Shown here piece after piece: positions 40,771 through 55,039 of a stretch of DNA of 64,000 nt. Location of the stretch: contig OX597817.1 of assembly GCA_951406725.2 (NCBI GenBank), positions 120,528,001-120,592,000 on the forward strand, read 5' to 3'. Origin of the DNA: Octopus vulgaris. Its lineage: Eukaryota. Below the pieces are notes generated by a model, which did not search any database, was not told the origin of the DNA, and saw only the letters and a list, made by a program, of their open reading frames with translations. A program made the position numbers and the translations under genes. How positions within the stretch are numbered: position 1 is the stretch's first letter; every line of letters starts with the position of its first letter.

Positions 40771-41717
40771 TTACACTTTGTATTTCAACACATGCTTTAC
40801 TCTAAAGCATAAGAATATTGAGTTCTAAGAACTGTTATTAGTATTACTGAACCTAAGTAATACTAATAGATAATAATAACATTAATAATGAATATATAAC
40901 AGAGAGAGAGGGGGGGAGAAAGAGAGAATCGTTCCTGTGTACACTTACATGTATGACTGTTACTTGCCTTCTGTCCTACTACAAGCATCTCTTCTCTGTT
41001 AATAGTGTTCCTCTGAAGAAATGTTGTGGATCTGCATCCAAATGCACTGTGGACACTCACTGCATCAGATGTGAATAGACACAGCAGTGAAATGTTGTAG
41101 GGAACAAACGATATAAGTTGAATATTGTGTTTATCTTACTTTTCACACACACACACACACACACACACACGTCTGTCTGTCTGCCTGTCTGTTAATATTC
41201 GATTATGACTGCCCATGTTCAATGTTGTGGGCTGTATTATGAATGAATCAATTTCCTGTATGTTTTCTGTTCTTAGCTGCTAGTATGAATGATCAGCCCA
41301 CTTCATGTTATGTTTAGCTACATTCTTGTATCTCAATCATGGTTTACTCTGGTTTCTCATACTACAATATGATCTGAATGTTAAGCTTGCTTAGCTCACT
41401 CTGTGATATAGTTCATCATCCAGCCTAACTCATTACTGATGTTTATGTATGTGTGTAACGGTGTATATATATGTACACACATACACACACACACGCACAC
41501 ACACATACACCATCACACTTACACACACACACACAAATATATATAGTTTGCTAAGGCTTTGTGAGATTGATGACCTGATACAGAACTCAACATATGTAAA
41601 CTTCAGAATGAAACATCGGTTGAGTACAGAATAGAAATAAGAAAATGAGTTGACAAGAGAATGAACAATTATCTGATGAAGTTCATTAGCTTACAGCTCT
41701 TTCTGCTATTAGATGCA

Positions 41718-41912
41718 GCGGAGAGCTGGCAGAAACGTTAGCATGCCGGGTGAAATGCTTAGTGGTATTTCGTCTGCCGTTATGTTCTGAGTTCAAATTC
41801 TGCCGAGGTCGACTTTGCCTTTCATCCTTTTGGGGTCGATAAATTAAGTACCAGTTACGCACTGGAGTCAATGTAATTGACTTAATCCCTTTGTCTGTCT
41901 TTGTTTGTACCT
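41718..41912 (+). mobile_element. SINE family B, young
   Basis: gcggagagctggcagaaacgttagc...ggggtcgataaattaagtaccag. Confidence 0.92.
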
Positions 41913-41984
41913 ATTGTGTCAATCTATTTCGCCGAGCTGCTCACGTGCTGATCATTCATACTAGCAGCAGCAGCACGTGAGTGT

Positions 41985-42033
41985 CAGTTGTCAAGCAATG
42001 GTTGAGGAACAAACACAGACACAAAGACACACA

Positions 42034-42072
<39 letters not shown>

Positions 42073-42230
42073 GTATATATGTCGGGCTTCCTTCAGTTTC
42101 TGTCTACCAAATCAACTCACAAGGTTTTGGTCAGCCCAAGGCTATAGTAGAAGATATTTGTCCAAGGTGGCATGCAGTGGGACTGAACCCTGAACCATGA
42201 AGTTGGGAAGAAAGCTTCTTACCACACCTC
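41985..42230 (-). mobile_element. SINE family A, 3'-truncated
   Basis: Homology to family A. Confidence 0.85.
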
Positions 42231-42232
42231 AA

Positions 42233-42277
<45 letters not shown>

Positions 42278-42420
42278 TAATAAACACAATATATGTTTTT
42301 ATGTGCTACTATTAGTTTCATGCAATGAGAGCATGCCAGACGTGTTAAAATATACTGTCTGACATGCTTTCATTGCATGAAACTAATTGTAGCACATAAA
42401 AACATATATTGTGTTTATTA
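42278..42420. repeat. Hairpin with 64-bp arms (3 mismatches) and 15-nt loop, embedded in (TA)n
   Basis: Arms 42278-42341 and 42357-42420. Confidence 0.95.
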
Positions 42421-42464
42421 GATATTTATTGCTCACCAGATGAAGTACTATTTTGTTGATCTTA

Positions 42465-42525
<61 letters not shown>

Positions 42526-43363
42526 TATATATATATATATACATATGTGAATGTATACACACACACACACACATGCATTTATATATGTGTGTAGGCATTC
42601 CTAAAAGAATATTGTAATTTTCTTGAAGTATTGCAATGTATGCAAATGATATAAATATTTGAAAAAGTAAAAACTTTTGAGCAATGCAGATGAAGTGTTA
42701 GGCAAAACATGTTATGTTGGTATTTATTTTTAAAACTTTTCTTAAATAACAACTTCATGCTATGTGTAATTTTTTAATGTATCCCCACTTTGTTAAAGCA
42801 TGCTGTTTTGAAAAATATAAGGAGGGGTTGCTAACTAGCCAAGAATTAGAAACATGAATATATATATATATACATATATATATATTTTTTAAGGAAATAT
42901 TTAGGTCAACAAAATTTTGACTGACAGTTTATAGATTCTAATCCTTCAATTTAATATGAGGGCAGAACATCTCTGTCAAATATTTTAACATATATGACAC
43001 TACAATTTTATTCCTCTACTCCAACTTTCTATCAGGAATCAATATATAACAATTTAATCTTCCCACATGCTGTGTAGTGGTTTGTGCAATTAGGTATGCA
43101 GGAAAAATGAATTTTTTTCTGCATATCTTAATGCTGTTGTTTGACAGGAAGCTTCCGAGTTTGTTAAAATAACCTCTACAGGAATACATATTAAGTGCTG
43201 TGAATGTGCATGTATATGTGTGTGTATATACACACGCACACTTGTATATATATTAAGAGGTGGTGTAGCTGTGATGTTAAGAAGCTTGGCTTCCAATTGT
43301 GTAGTTTTGGGTTCAGTCCCACTACATAGCACTCTGGGCAAATGTCTTCTACTATAGCTCCAT

Positions 43364-43665
43364 GGGCATATGGCATAGTGGTTAAGAACGCGGGCTACTA
43401 ACCCCAAGATTCTGAGTTCGATTGCAGGCAGTGACCTGAATAATAATAATAATGAATAATAATGATAATGATAATGATGATGATGATGATGATGATAGTA
43501 ATAATAATAATAACATGGAAAAATAGCTTAGGGATGAGAACCCAGGTTCAAAATATCCCCAAGATACCTGATGAAGTCTGGAGGGTATATCAGCCAAAAC
43601 ATTGTGTTAACAACAAACAATATGAAGACAAATATCTGTCAAATGTAAATAATGTAAATCATGTA
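43364..43665 (+). mobile_element. tRNA-headed SINE family G with (AAT)n linker and hammerhead-like 3' tail
   Basis: A box TGGCATAGTGG, anticodon-like arm ggg-ctactaa-ccc, B box GAGTTCGATT; CTGATGA...aaaacatt at 43568-43603; (AATGTAAAT)n end. Confidence 0.75.
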
Positions 43666-44012
43666 TAGGTAATTTTAATTAATTATGGTGTATAACTAAC
43701 TGCTAAATTAAAAGAAAAATTTGAAGATGCACCAGTCTCCATATTCGTTGTCATTGTTTGGTATGTGTATATATATAGATATATATATATATACATACAC
43801 ACACACATTTATTTGTGTTTACCACCATTGTCCACTTGTCATATGATGTTATTAATTTCCCATCTTTGAAAGCATGTTTGGCTATGGAGCAATATTATCT
43901 TGTTTGGAAATAGGTAAGGATTGGCATCAGGAAGAGTATCTGGTTGGAGAAAATTTACTTCAGTAAATTCTGTTTGACATGCAAGCATGGAAAAGTGGAC
44001 ATTCATCTGTTT

Positions 44013-44066
<54 letters not shown>

Positions 44067-45242
44067 ACAGATGCATGAATATCAAAAGTTTTCTTTACCT
44101 TTCTGTTTTCTGGGGTTAATGAAATAAGTAGCAGCCTAATACTGAGGTTTATAATATAGACTGTCCCACTGATCAGTTTTGTGCATATGTTAGAAGTCTA
44201 TATTTTAAATTTAGATTAAGAAATTCAATTTTTAAAATTTTAAATATATAAGTTGGTAACACAAATAATGCATGGAAGAGTGGAAAGATAAAATGTCAAA
44301 TTTGATAAGGAATGTTGAAGACAAGAAATATTTCTTTTTATTATAGGCAAAACGCCTGAAATTTTGTGAGAGTGGCTAGTTGTTTGCATCAACCTTAGTG
44401 CACATCTGGCACTTATTTTATCAACCCCACCATAAAATGAAAGGGTAAGTCATCTGTGGAAGAATTTGAACTTAGAATGTAAAGCTGAAAGAAAGGCTGC
44501 TGTATGGTGTGCTAACAATTCTGCTGTGGACTCTGATATTGCTTGTCTGGGTTGATTAAAAACTCCTCATGCTATTTTAAAGCCTTGATTTTTTGTTTAT
44601 CACAATGGAACCCATTGTATTTTGTTCAAAGCATCACAAACTACTGTTTAAAAAAATCAAGAACAGTGAACTTCATAGTGTTACAAAACCCTTATACATA
44701 TGTATGCATAAACACACTCATGTGTATAGATGCTGAATGAATTCAAAATTTACACTATGTATAACAAAAAATAGAATAAAGTCAGTTTAGGATATGTTTC
44801 AATACAAAAATAAAATCAAGTAAATACTACTTACAACAACAACAAATAATACTAATAACAACAACATCAATAAATCTGGTGGGATAGTAAATGCTCCAAT
44901 AATATGCCAGTACAGAATTTATAGCAGCAATTTTGGTATCTCACAATTGTTATTATTTCAAATTCTAATCATGTCATCTTAACCTTTAATGCCTCTGGAG
45001 GGATTAAAATAAGTGCTTTGAAGTCAAGATGGTTGACTTAGAATCATTCTTTTTTTTTCTTTGCTTGAAAAGAAAAAAAAAACAAAAGCATAAGCCACTT
45101 TTGTTGAATCTAAAAGTCACAAAGGTAATTTACATTGTCAGAATTTAATCCAGCCAATTTCTTGCTCCTGAGATAAAGCTATATTATTTAGATGATGCTC
45201 ATTCAGAAGAGATGCTCTCTTAAATAAATGTGGGTTTCCTAC

Positions 45243-45466
45243 CTCCTGTATATCTGATTAACCAGTTCAAAGAATACTGATGGAGTGAAAAACAAAATAC
45301 CAAACATATTTGCTCTAAACCAAATCGCATCAGAAAAAATATTGTCTCTAACACCAGTAGCTTCCTCACTGTTGCTGTGAGGATTTTGGATTTCTTTTAT
45401 GATACATGATATTGCAACACACTGTAACATACACCAAGCACTGACATTGTATGGCCATTTTCCTTC
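45243..45466 (-). CDS. Candidate internal exon (224 nt, one open frame: EGKWPYNVSAWCMLQ...ELVNQIYR); product unknown
   Basis: Acceptor gctaatctccgtttcag|G, donor GAG|gtagga, non-repetitive sequence; no family recognised. Confidence 0.35.
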
Positions 45467-46228
45467 CTGAAACGGAGATTAGCTTTATTCCATGATAGTG
45501 TTTTTCTATTCTCCCTATTTTTTGCATCTATCTTTACCAATGCCTATATCCTCATTTCCTCTTTCATTACTGTTAACCATGTTTATCTTTCTTGAGATAT
45601 TTCTTCCTTTACTTCCATATATATTTCCATCACTGCTCTTAATTAGTCACTCTCATCCTTCTTTCAACACATGACTGAGCCATTTCATCCCATTTTTCTT
45701 CATAATATCCTCATGCTAAGCCTGTGACCATAATAAAAAAAAAATCCCCCATGATGCTGTACAGTGGAATCAAAAACACAATCTTTGACTTAAGAAACAA
45801 ACTGCTTAACCATTTGACTATATGCTCATTTTCACTAGTTGTTTAACCCTAGGTCAAAACAGGTCAAACATATCTATAACAGATGTTCAATCCATGGACA
45901 CTCCATACTGTTTTAAGGCAGTGCATCAAGGATTACATTATCCTATGGATCTTCTTTTTTCTTTTCCAATTGTACAGTTTAATTTAACTGAGATTTTGTT
46001 GTTATGTTTCTAAAGTTGAGTAAATGCTTAGAGCCTTCCTTTTTAGCTCAAGAACAAACATGTAAATGCTGCATATAAAGCTATGTAGGCCAACATGTGT
46101 ATCTACATTTTTCTCTATCAAGATGAAAGATTCTCATTCATATTTCTTGTAATTAATTGCCACAGTTATTCCTGTAAATGAAATTCTTATAAAATAATAA
46201 ATTTTGTTGGGCTGGATCTATTAAGAAT

Positions 46229-46350
<122 letters not shown>

Positions 46351-47035
46351 CATGTATGTATATGTAAATATATAAACATGGCAAAGCGTGACATATATCA
46401 TGCAGAATTGATTCAAACAGGAAATTGGGAGAAAGTTTGTGAAACATTTTCCAAAGTGTCTGTTTTGAATCTACTAGGAAGACAGATGTGAACAGGTGCA
46501 AAATATAAACAGAGGCATGTAGCTGAGCATATATACTCAACAGCACTCTAACTTTATAAACGTCCAAAAGTTTAAAACCAATATAAAATAACATTTAAAA
46601 AAACCCAAAGAACAGAAACTCCACTTTGTTAGTAGCATGTTATCAAACTGAAGTGGTGGTGTTCGTGACTTTCCAAAGGCTATTACTAACTTTCATGGAA
46701 TGATTCCAGCTGGGAATAAAAATGTATCTTTGGGCACCAACAACAGTGCTTTTCATTTGGAGACAAGCATTGCATAGAGTCTTTCAATGAAGTTGATTGT
46801 CACATAGCACTTCATTGACGAAAGAATAATATTGCCCTGTTTATTGAACATGTATACATTAATTAGTTATAAGTAAGTTATTTGTTATTGTTGATTACCA
46901 TTCTATTTGAAGACAACTCAGAATTGATTGTATTGTATTTTTAAAGAAAATATCTTAATTTTTGTCTTATATTCCTAATGTATTTATACACATACATAAA
47001 TAATCCAACCACTTTGTGTGTATGAATATAAATGC

Positions 47036-47063
47036 ATACACACACACACACACACACACACAT

Positions 47064-47108
<45 letters not shown>

Positions 47109-47115
47109 CTATGTG

Positions 47116-47204
<89 letters not shown>

Positions 47205-47452
47205 TATATATCATACTATCTATATCAGTATTCATTACTATAGAATATGTGTATGGTTTTATTGGTATCTTCCCTTATAGATATTTATGAAATCTACATG
47301 GACTTGTATGTGTGCATGTCTTGAAATATTGATGTCTAGCTTAAGTATACATACATACATACATTAATACATACATACATACATACATTAATACATACAT
47401 ATATACATACATACATACATACATACATACATACATACATACATACATACAT
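47036..47452. repeat. (CA)n, (TA)n and (TACA)n microsatellites
   Basis: Direct reading. Confidence 0.95.
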
Positions 47453-47580
47453 GTGTCCCAATGTCTTCACATGTTTCTTTGCCTTGTATATGTAGGTGTA
47501 CATGCATGTTTGTTGATATTTCATTGTTTTAAAAATACTGGGTTTTATAAAGTAGTTTTATGTACGCACATGTCTCTGTA

Positions 47581-47631
<51 letters not shown>

Positions 47632-48831
47632 GCATGTTGTGAGTGTGTGTGTGCATCTACATACGTATGCATGTGTATATGTTACTTAAAAACAATAACA
47701 AAAAAAACAAGAGGAAGAAGAATAGAAGAAAATATGAAAGGATATCAGCAACTAATAAAGGAAGAGTATACCACCACCACCACCACCAACACCACTATAA
47801 CTGTTACTACTACTACTATTAGAATATTGTAATGTTTCCACGATACACTTAATATTGATAGCTAATCTAATCAAACAGAATCCAACTGCTTCGCTAGTTT
47901 GCACATTATTATGGCCATAAACATCTCGTACTCTTTCAACTGATGTGTTGTGTACACAAAGGGTACATTTTGTCCATTGTCTATCAATTGTCATTCTGTA
48001 AATAGTTCTGCATGCATCATAATGCAAATAATTGATTTCTGATGTCGTCGAAAATTCTAAATACCATCATGGCACTTGTGCGTCATTTTTCTCTCAGAGT
48101 TCAATATAACCGACAGCCTTTCTGTTCAACAGGACTCCACCAGACAAGGACAAAACAAAAAAAAACAACAACCCAAAAACCAAAATAACAAAAGCTCTTT
48201 ACACACACACACACACACACATTTATATATGCTCACATATGATATGTCTATATTTTCCTCTATATTTGTTGGAACTTTCAGTAACCAATAGTTTTATATG
48301 CGTGACTCTCAGCTGGAAGCAAATGTCATCTCTGCTCTTCTTTTATTCTTCCTTTATTAGAAATCCCAAAATTATATGAAACAAAACAAATCAATAATTA
48401 CAACAACAATGTCTCCTATGTGTTATTGTTATTAGTATGTCAATGGACGTGACCAGAAGAAGAACAAGACATTAGAGAAACTTGATTTGTTGCATGATTT
48501 ACTGTGGTGTGTTTCTGAGTTCATATCTTTTCAAGGACTGCTCTGAAGTTTACGTCTAACCAGACACATTAAAATTCATAGGAGTAATAAATATATAAAA
48601 AACAAGACATTTTCATCTCAAAATATACTTGGTGAGTGGATAGTATATTGAACACCTAACTTAAAGTTCCTGATTTCAAATACAATGTGTTCTTTGTCTG
48701 GGCAGTACCTTTAATTCTAAACTCTGGTAACATATGGTTATCAGATCTTCTGGTAATGTTATTTTCTGGTGTAAAATGGAAAGGTATTTGAAAAAAAAAA
48801 ATAAAGGAGAGCAAAAAAATTATTTGTTTAA

Positions 48832-49037
48832 CACTTTTGATGCCTTTTGTTCTTTGATAAAAGCATCCTATTCTAAAGTGATCTAAATTTAAAAAGCTTT
48901 CCATATGATTTCATGCTAATTTATGTTTTGAGCGCCAGCTTAATAACAATGATATTTTTCTATGAAGTTATTCATTATTTTCTTATGTATTTGAAACAAA
49001 GGCAGTATATTTCAACAGAAGTCTAGTAACAAATGGG
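48832..49037. mobile_element. MITE family D (206 bp), diverged
   Basis: TTAA-cacttttgat...gtaacaaatggg-TTAA; same length as 5448-5653 and similar interior. Confidence 0.7.
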
Positions 49038-51424
49038 TTAATACCATGAAATCAGAGCTAAACACCTTAATACCTGTATGTATGTGAGGTAACTTCTTCA
49101 TCAGCAGTTGTCAATAATTTTTAATTTTATGGTACACTGAGAATGAAGCAAAAAAAAAAAAACCACTTGCATATGTCACAAGTAAAATTAAAAAAGAAAG
49201 TCTCTTTTAAAGTTAAAAATTTAGAAAAAAATATAGAAATTTATTGCTTGCTTTGTTTTATTGGTTGTGCTTTGAAACAAAGTTTCTCAAGATTTTCAAG
49301 CACCAGTATAGATTCAGTAAGCTTTAAAATACAGATTTTAAAATCTGCAACTCTCCTAGATGCCCTTTGAGATACACCAGTGTACTACAGCATAATTATT
49401 TCAGAACCACTGTTTTATGTAGTTAATTGACTTGCTACAAATAACAATTAAATCTCTTTTAAATGAGATTGTTGTATCTTAAAATAGGAAATGTTCAATA
49501 ATGTGCTCCTGAGTGTCCTCCAAAGAAATTTGCTTTGCTACTACATGGTTCCAGGTTTAATTCCACAACAATGCAGCTTGAAAAAAAATGTCTTCTATCA
49601 TAGCCTAAGGTTGACCAAAGCCTTTTCAGTTAAATTCAAAGAAACCTATTACATGCACATATGTGCATGGGATTGTCATAGTTAGATTTGTTTCACCATA
49701 TAGGCATGAACTGAAAAAAATATATTGAGACAGATTTTCTATGAATGGATGCTCTTCTTATGGCCAACCCATACTCGTATTTGAAGATATTTTTTTTTGT
49801 TTTTATTTCATTGGTCCTCACATGTTTGATGAGCTATGAGACAATTGCATACTGGAGAAAGTGCACAATCTCAACATTTGTTTCCACTGAAATGGTGTTA
49901 ATAAGGGCATGTAGAATCATCTTAAACACACATACATATGCACCAATACATATATCAACATATTTTTCTGTCCACTTTCCATGCTGTCATAGGATGAGAA
50001 ATATCATTAGTGATTTCTTACTTAGATTGGGGGACCACATTTTGCTTGTATGTTTAATTTTTTTGGCTTGGCTTCTACAACTGGATGTCCTTCTAACATC
50101 AACCCATTTTACAGAGTTTACTGGTTGCTTTTTATCATGGCATCAGCATGCATACAAGGGTAATGTCTTTCTAATTCACTTTATTTAAAAATGTCTATAT
50201 GTATCTATATATGTGTGCGTGCACATGTGTGTGTATACATATGTGGTGCAGGTGTGAGTGTGTGTGGTAAGAAGTTCGCTTTCCGACTAGCAACATAGTT
50301 CTGGGTTCAGTCTCAGTGTGTGGCACCTTGAGCATGTGCTTGGAGTTTAACCCTTGTCATTTGACTTGGTAGACAGAAGCTGGAAGAAGCTTCTTGTGTG
50401 TGTGCATGTATGTATATATATATGTATGTAAATACACACACATACACATGACAGTTTTCAGTGCAGTTTCCATCTGCTGGTTCTAATTACAAGACATTGA
50501 TCACTGAATAGTAGATGACACTTGCCCAAGATGATGTACAGTGAGACATTAAATGTTGATGGTTTAGATAATATGTGAATATATATGAATATATATATGT
50601 ATATTTGTATACATACATACATACATATATATATATATATAAAATTTCCAATCTGTACACTTTATTCAGAGAAAATATGCTGACCATACAAATACGATTT
50701 CATGTGATATGATGAATTTAAGAGATGTTGGGAAATATAACAGAATATATAATTTAAATGTAGATATAAAGGAAATTTATACTATGAACATTACATGCAC
50801 AAAAAGAAAGGGAAAATATTAATAATGAAAAATATAAATAAGCTATGGAAATATAGATATAGTGAGAAAGAACAAACCACATTTGGAATGGAAACATAAA
50901 AAGAATTTATAGGATGAGAGATAAACTGATAAAGTTAGTCTGGACTAGTTGACAGCATTGGCATCCTTTATGAGACACATATATTTTTGAAGGTCATACC
51001 ATGACAAGTTATGCAGAAAAAGATCTGTTTAATAAAATGTACAGCCATTTTTCCCCACAATGATCACTGTCACATGTGTCACAATTCAGTGACAGTGTAT
51101 GTTACTCTATCACACAACTTGCTGAAATAAGAACCAAATGTCACTCAAATCACACAGTGTTGATCTTAAAAAGGAAATAGTAGCTTGTATGATGTAATTC
51201 TGAATGTATAAATAGAAAAATGAAATGACCAGGAATGACAAATCTTTGATGGTAATTTTGTTCAACAAGGGCTGATCTGGGGCTAAACAAAAACAGAAAT
51301 ATTGTCGTATACAGCAAATATGGCAAAGTAATTAGTTTATAAAGTTATTATTGTTTCAATATATGAGTATTGTGGAATCATGGCAAAATCAGTAAAGCAG
51401 CAGACAAAATGTTCTAGTAATAAT

Positions 51425-51860
51425 GGTTTAAAATTTTGGCACAAGGTCAGTGATTTCAGGGGACAGATAAGTCAATTACATCGACCCCAGTGCTCTACTA
51501 ACCCTGAAAGAGATGAAAGTCAATGCTGAACTAAGCAGAATTTGAACTCAGAACATAAGGATGCACGAAATGCCACTAAGCATTTTGCTTGGTGTGCTAA
51601 TGATTCTGCCAGCTCACCACCTAAAATGCTCTTGTAATATTAGTATGTCTAAGACTGCAAGCCAGCTGAATCATTACCACATTGGGTAAAATTCTTTGCA
51701 ACATTTCTTCCAATACTTTGTTTTGAGTTAAAACTGTACCAAGGTTGACTATGCCTTTCATCCTTTAGTTATCAATAAAATAAATACCAGTGAGCACTGG
51801 GGTCAATGTAATTGATTTCCCCTTCCCCTCAAAATTACTGGCCTTGTGTCAAATTTAAGA
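51425..51860. mobile_element. Divergent pair of SINE B copies (51425-51622 -, 51660-51860 +)
   Basis: The - copy has TSD aaaatgttctagtaat / aaaatgctcttgtaat. Confidence 0.82.
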
Positions 51861-51895
51861 ATACTAGTTGCATTTCTTTAGATTCTATAATGAAA

Positions 51896-52060
51896 GGCGT
51901 AGGGGTGGCTGTGTGGTAAGTAGCTTGCTTATGAACCACATGGTTCCGGGTTCAGTCCCACTGCGTGGCACCTTGGGCATGTGTCTTCTACTATAGCCCC
52001 GGGCCGACCAAAGCCTTGTGAGTGGATTTGGTAAACGGAAACTGAAAGAAGCCTGTCGTC

Positions 52061-52108
<48 letters not shown>

Positions 52109-52310
52109 CTGTTTGTCACCCCAACATCGCTTGACAACCGATGCTGGTGTGTTTACGTCCCCGTAACTTAGCAGTTTGGCAAAAAAGACCGATAGAATAA
52201 GTACTAGGCTTACAAAGAATAAGTCCTGGGGTCGATTTGCTCGACTAAAGGTGGTGCTCCAGCATGGCCACAGTCAAATGACTGAAACAAGTAAAAGAGT
52301 AAAAGAGTAA
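51896..52310 (+). mobile_element. SINE family A, full-length young copy
   Basis: Near-identical to 1055-1446. Confidence 0.93.
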
Positions 52311-53508
52311 AGTCAAGAGAATCTAACTTTGCCTTCCACCGTTTCATAGACAATGAAATAAGTACCAGCAATGTACTGAAGTTATTATAAGGGACTCAGT
52401 GAATCTCTTAAGATTTGTGACTTTTGACTCTTCTATATAATTATGATGTTAAAAAAAAACAGATTTTGATAAAGTTAGACGGTCACGATGATGATGAAGA
52501 TGACAGAAATTATATATTGCTTTTACTGCCATTGCTTTAAAAAATTATTAAATACTGTACACACATTATATATGAGTCTCTGTGTGTGTGTGTGTCATTT
52601 TATTTATCTGAACACTTTATAGTTGTACAATTGTTTCAAGAAAGTATAGTTCTTAATAATTGAAGTACAATGATATAATTTATTGGAAGAACCTGAGACC
52701 TTACAAATCATTACTCCCAGTTACTTGTTGCCGGCGTTCAAACACAAAGATTGGCAATGTGTAGCATTCTACTGTGTATTTGCAAGTATGCATGTGTGTG
52801 GCTTGTTAGAAGTGATTTCACAAACCGTTACTCCAAGCTTCTCATTGCCTGTCTTTGTGTGTATAAATGTGTGTGTTTATATGCACATATGTGCACACAC
52901 ACACAGCATACCCACACATATACAAACACATTTTTTTTTTCTTTTTAGTCTGAAAGTCAACAAAAGTACTTTTTGGACATTGATATTTTTTTTTAGCTCA
53001 CCTCTTTTATTTCTGTTGTTTACCTTTTTCCCTTTACTGTTAGCATATCATAAAATTATTCTTCTATTTCAATAGCTCGAGATTCTTTAGACAAGGTCAG
53101 CAGTTACTGTTTTGTGTACTTTAAAATGTTGCAAATTGCTCTCTATCTTAGGATATAAAGAATGTAATTTAGTTTGTTTTGTTACTATTACATTTGAGAC
53201 ATAAAATAGAAGTGTTGACCCATTTGTAAATGAGAGTTTTCAGTATATTTGAATGGTGTCTCAAATTTATTGCTTTGTCAGAATCTATCATTTTTAGTCT
53301 TGAATGTGTAATTAATTTTGTTCTTCTATCGATATGCTGAGAATTTCTCTCAGAGATTCTGTTTGAGCAAGTCAGATTTCAAAAAATTTTTATTATACTA
53401 CTCACAACATTGCAAGACGAGCCAACAAGAGAAGCCTCTTCATAGATAGATTTATATGCTAGAAATAACATGTAAAAAAAAATCTTCAAAGTACGTTGAC
53501 AATCTTAA

Positions 53509-53635
53509 CATTTTTGTTATAAAATTTATGTTGAAATATAGTGCTTTTGTATAAATTCAATTTGAAAATTACAAAGAATTTAGTAAAATAGTTTTGCCAT
53601 TGTTTAGCTGGTATTTGGAACATAAGGTGAGGTTT
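53509..53635. mobile_element. MITE family D, partial, reverse orientation
   Basis: TTAA-catttttgttat...acaaagaatttagtaaaata. Confidence 0.6.
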
Positions 53636-54144
53636 AGATATGCATGTATGTGTGTGTGAGTATGTGTATATGTATGCATGTATGAGTATATAAATATATC
53701 TGTGTGTGTGTGTGTGTTATTATCTGCTTACCTTGATACCATGCAATAGGTATAAACAAACATCACCATCATGCAAGCAGTAGCCTTCATTTCCAATCTT
53801 TTAAAAACCAGTAAGGATTGGTGACAGGAAAGGCATTCATCTATAGAAAATTTGCCTCTAGAAATTTTGTCTGACACATGCAAGCACAGAACACAGTGCA
53901 CATCAAATGACAATGCAAGCATAGGACAGTGGACATTAAACAATGATATCAATCTTCACAGTATCTTCACAGGTATCATGTGATACCTGTATCTCAAAGA
54001 TTAGGCTTCCACTTAAGAGTAAGAAAATAATTCCTCCTTGGTACACACACATGCAAACTGAGAAGACAATGGCAGTGGGAGATCCCTATTATTTGGTGAT
54101 GAGGCTTTGGTTCTTTGATAAACTTAACTACTTACTTCTGAATG

Positions 54145-54299
54145 TTATGGCGAAAGAGTGCAACAGGGGTTGCCACCTACCCCTGCTGGAGCTTCGTAGA
54201 GCTTTTAGGTGTTTTTGCTCAATAAACACACACAATGCCCGGTCTGGGAATCGAAACCGCGAGTCCGCTGCCCTAACCACTGGGCCATTGCACCTCCAC
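54145..54299 (-). mobile_element. tRNA-derived SINE related to the family F head
   Basis: Minus strand gtggaggtgcaatggcccagtggttagggcagcggactcgcggtttcgattccc. Confidence 0.75.
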
Positions 54300-54978
54300 T
54301 ACAGACACTTATACTGTTACCATAATTCTCAGGTAGGGTTATAGGTAAAATTCACTTGATAGGTATCTATATAGTTTTCATCAGCTCAATTTCTCTAATG
54401 GGTTAACCTGAGGTTGTAGAAAATGTTATCCATCAACATGACACTGTGCTATTGAACCTGATTCTTCATGGCTAGGAATTAAACTCCTTAACCACTTGAC
54501 CATACTGCACCTACTCTAAAACAATACACCATCCATGAAGAAAGCAATCTGCCTTATTAGTAAAGATTCACTTGTCAGCATCCTACACACACTATCCCTA
54601 GAGATATGCACTTCATTCTCTGTTTTCTTTTTCTACCATTACTGAAATGGTTTTTTGCATCACTAAAATAATAAGCTATATTTCATCTCCTGTCAATCTT
54701 TTCTGACGCATTTGTTTCATGCTTGCCTGTCTCTGTTTATTCAGAATGAAAAGATCCACATTTAAATACTAGAAAATACTTTGTCTGGCACTCTACAGAT
54801 TCTGGTAAGTCACTGCTTTTGTTTTTACAAAAGAATTAAAATAAGGTATTTCTTTGGGTGCTGACTGGCCAAGTAAATTTCCCACACTCACCCAAAGAGT
54901 AAGTACTCAGATTGATAAATTCAATACAATTATCAAATTTTACTTAGAATTCTCATGTGTACATACGTAAATACATAC

Positions 54979-55039
<61 letters not shown>

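Noticed and set aside
43364-43436. Functional tRNA gene
   Set aside because: Acceptor and T stems do not pair properly and it runs into a SINE body without a T-run terminator
46780-46826. Small hairpin tcaatgaagt / acttcattga
   Set aside because: About 10-bp stem, too short for a pre-miRNA and plausible by chance
48036-48090. Partial resemblance to miR-981 and miR-96 family sequences
   Set aside because: Matches of about 11 nt only, without a compatible hairpin
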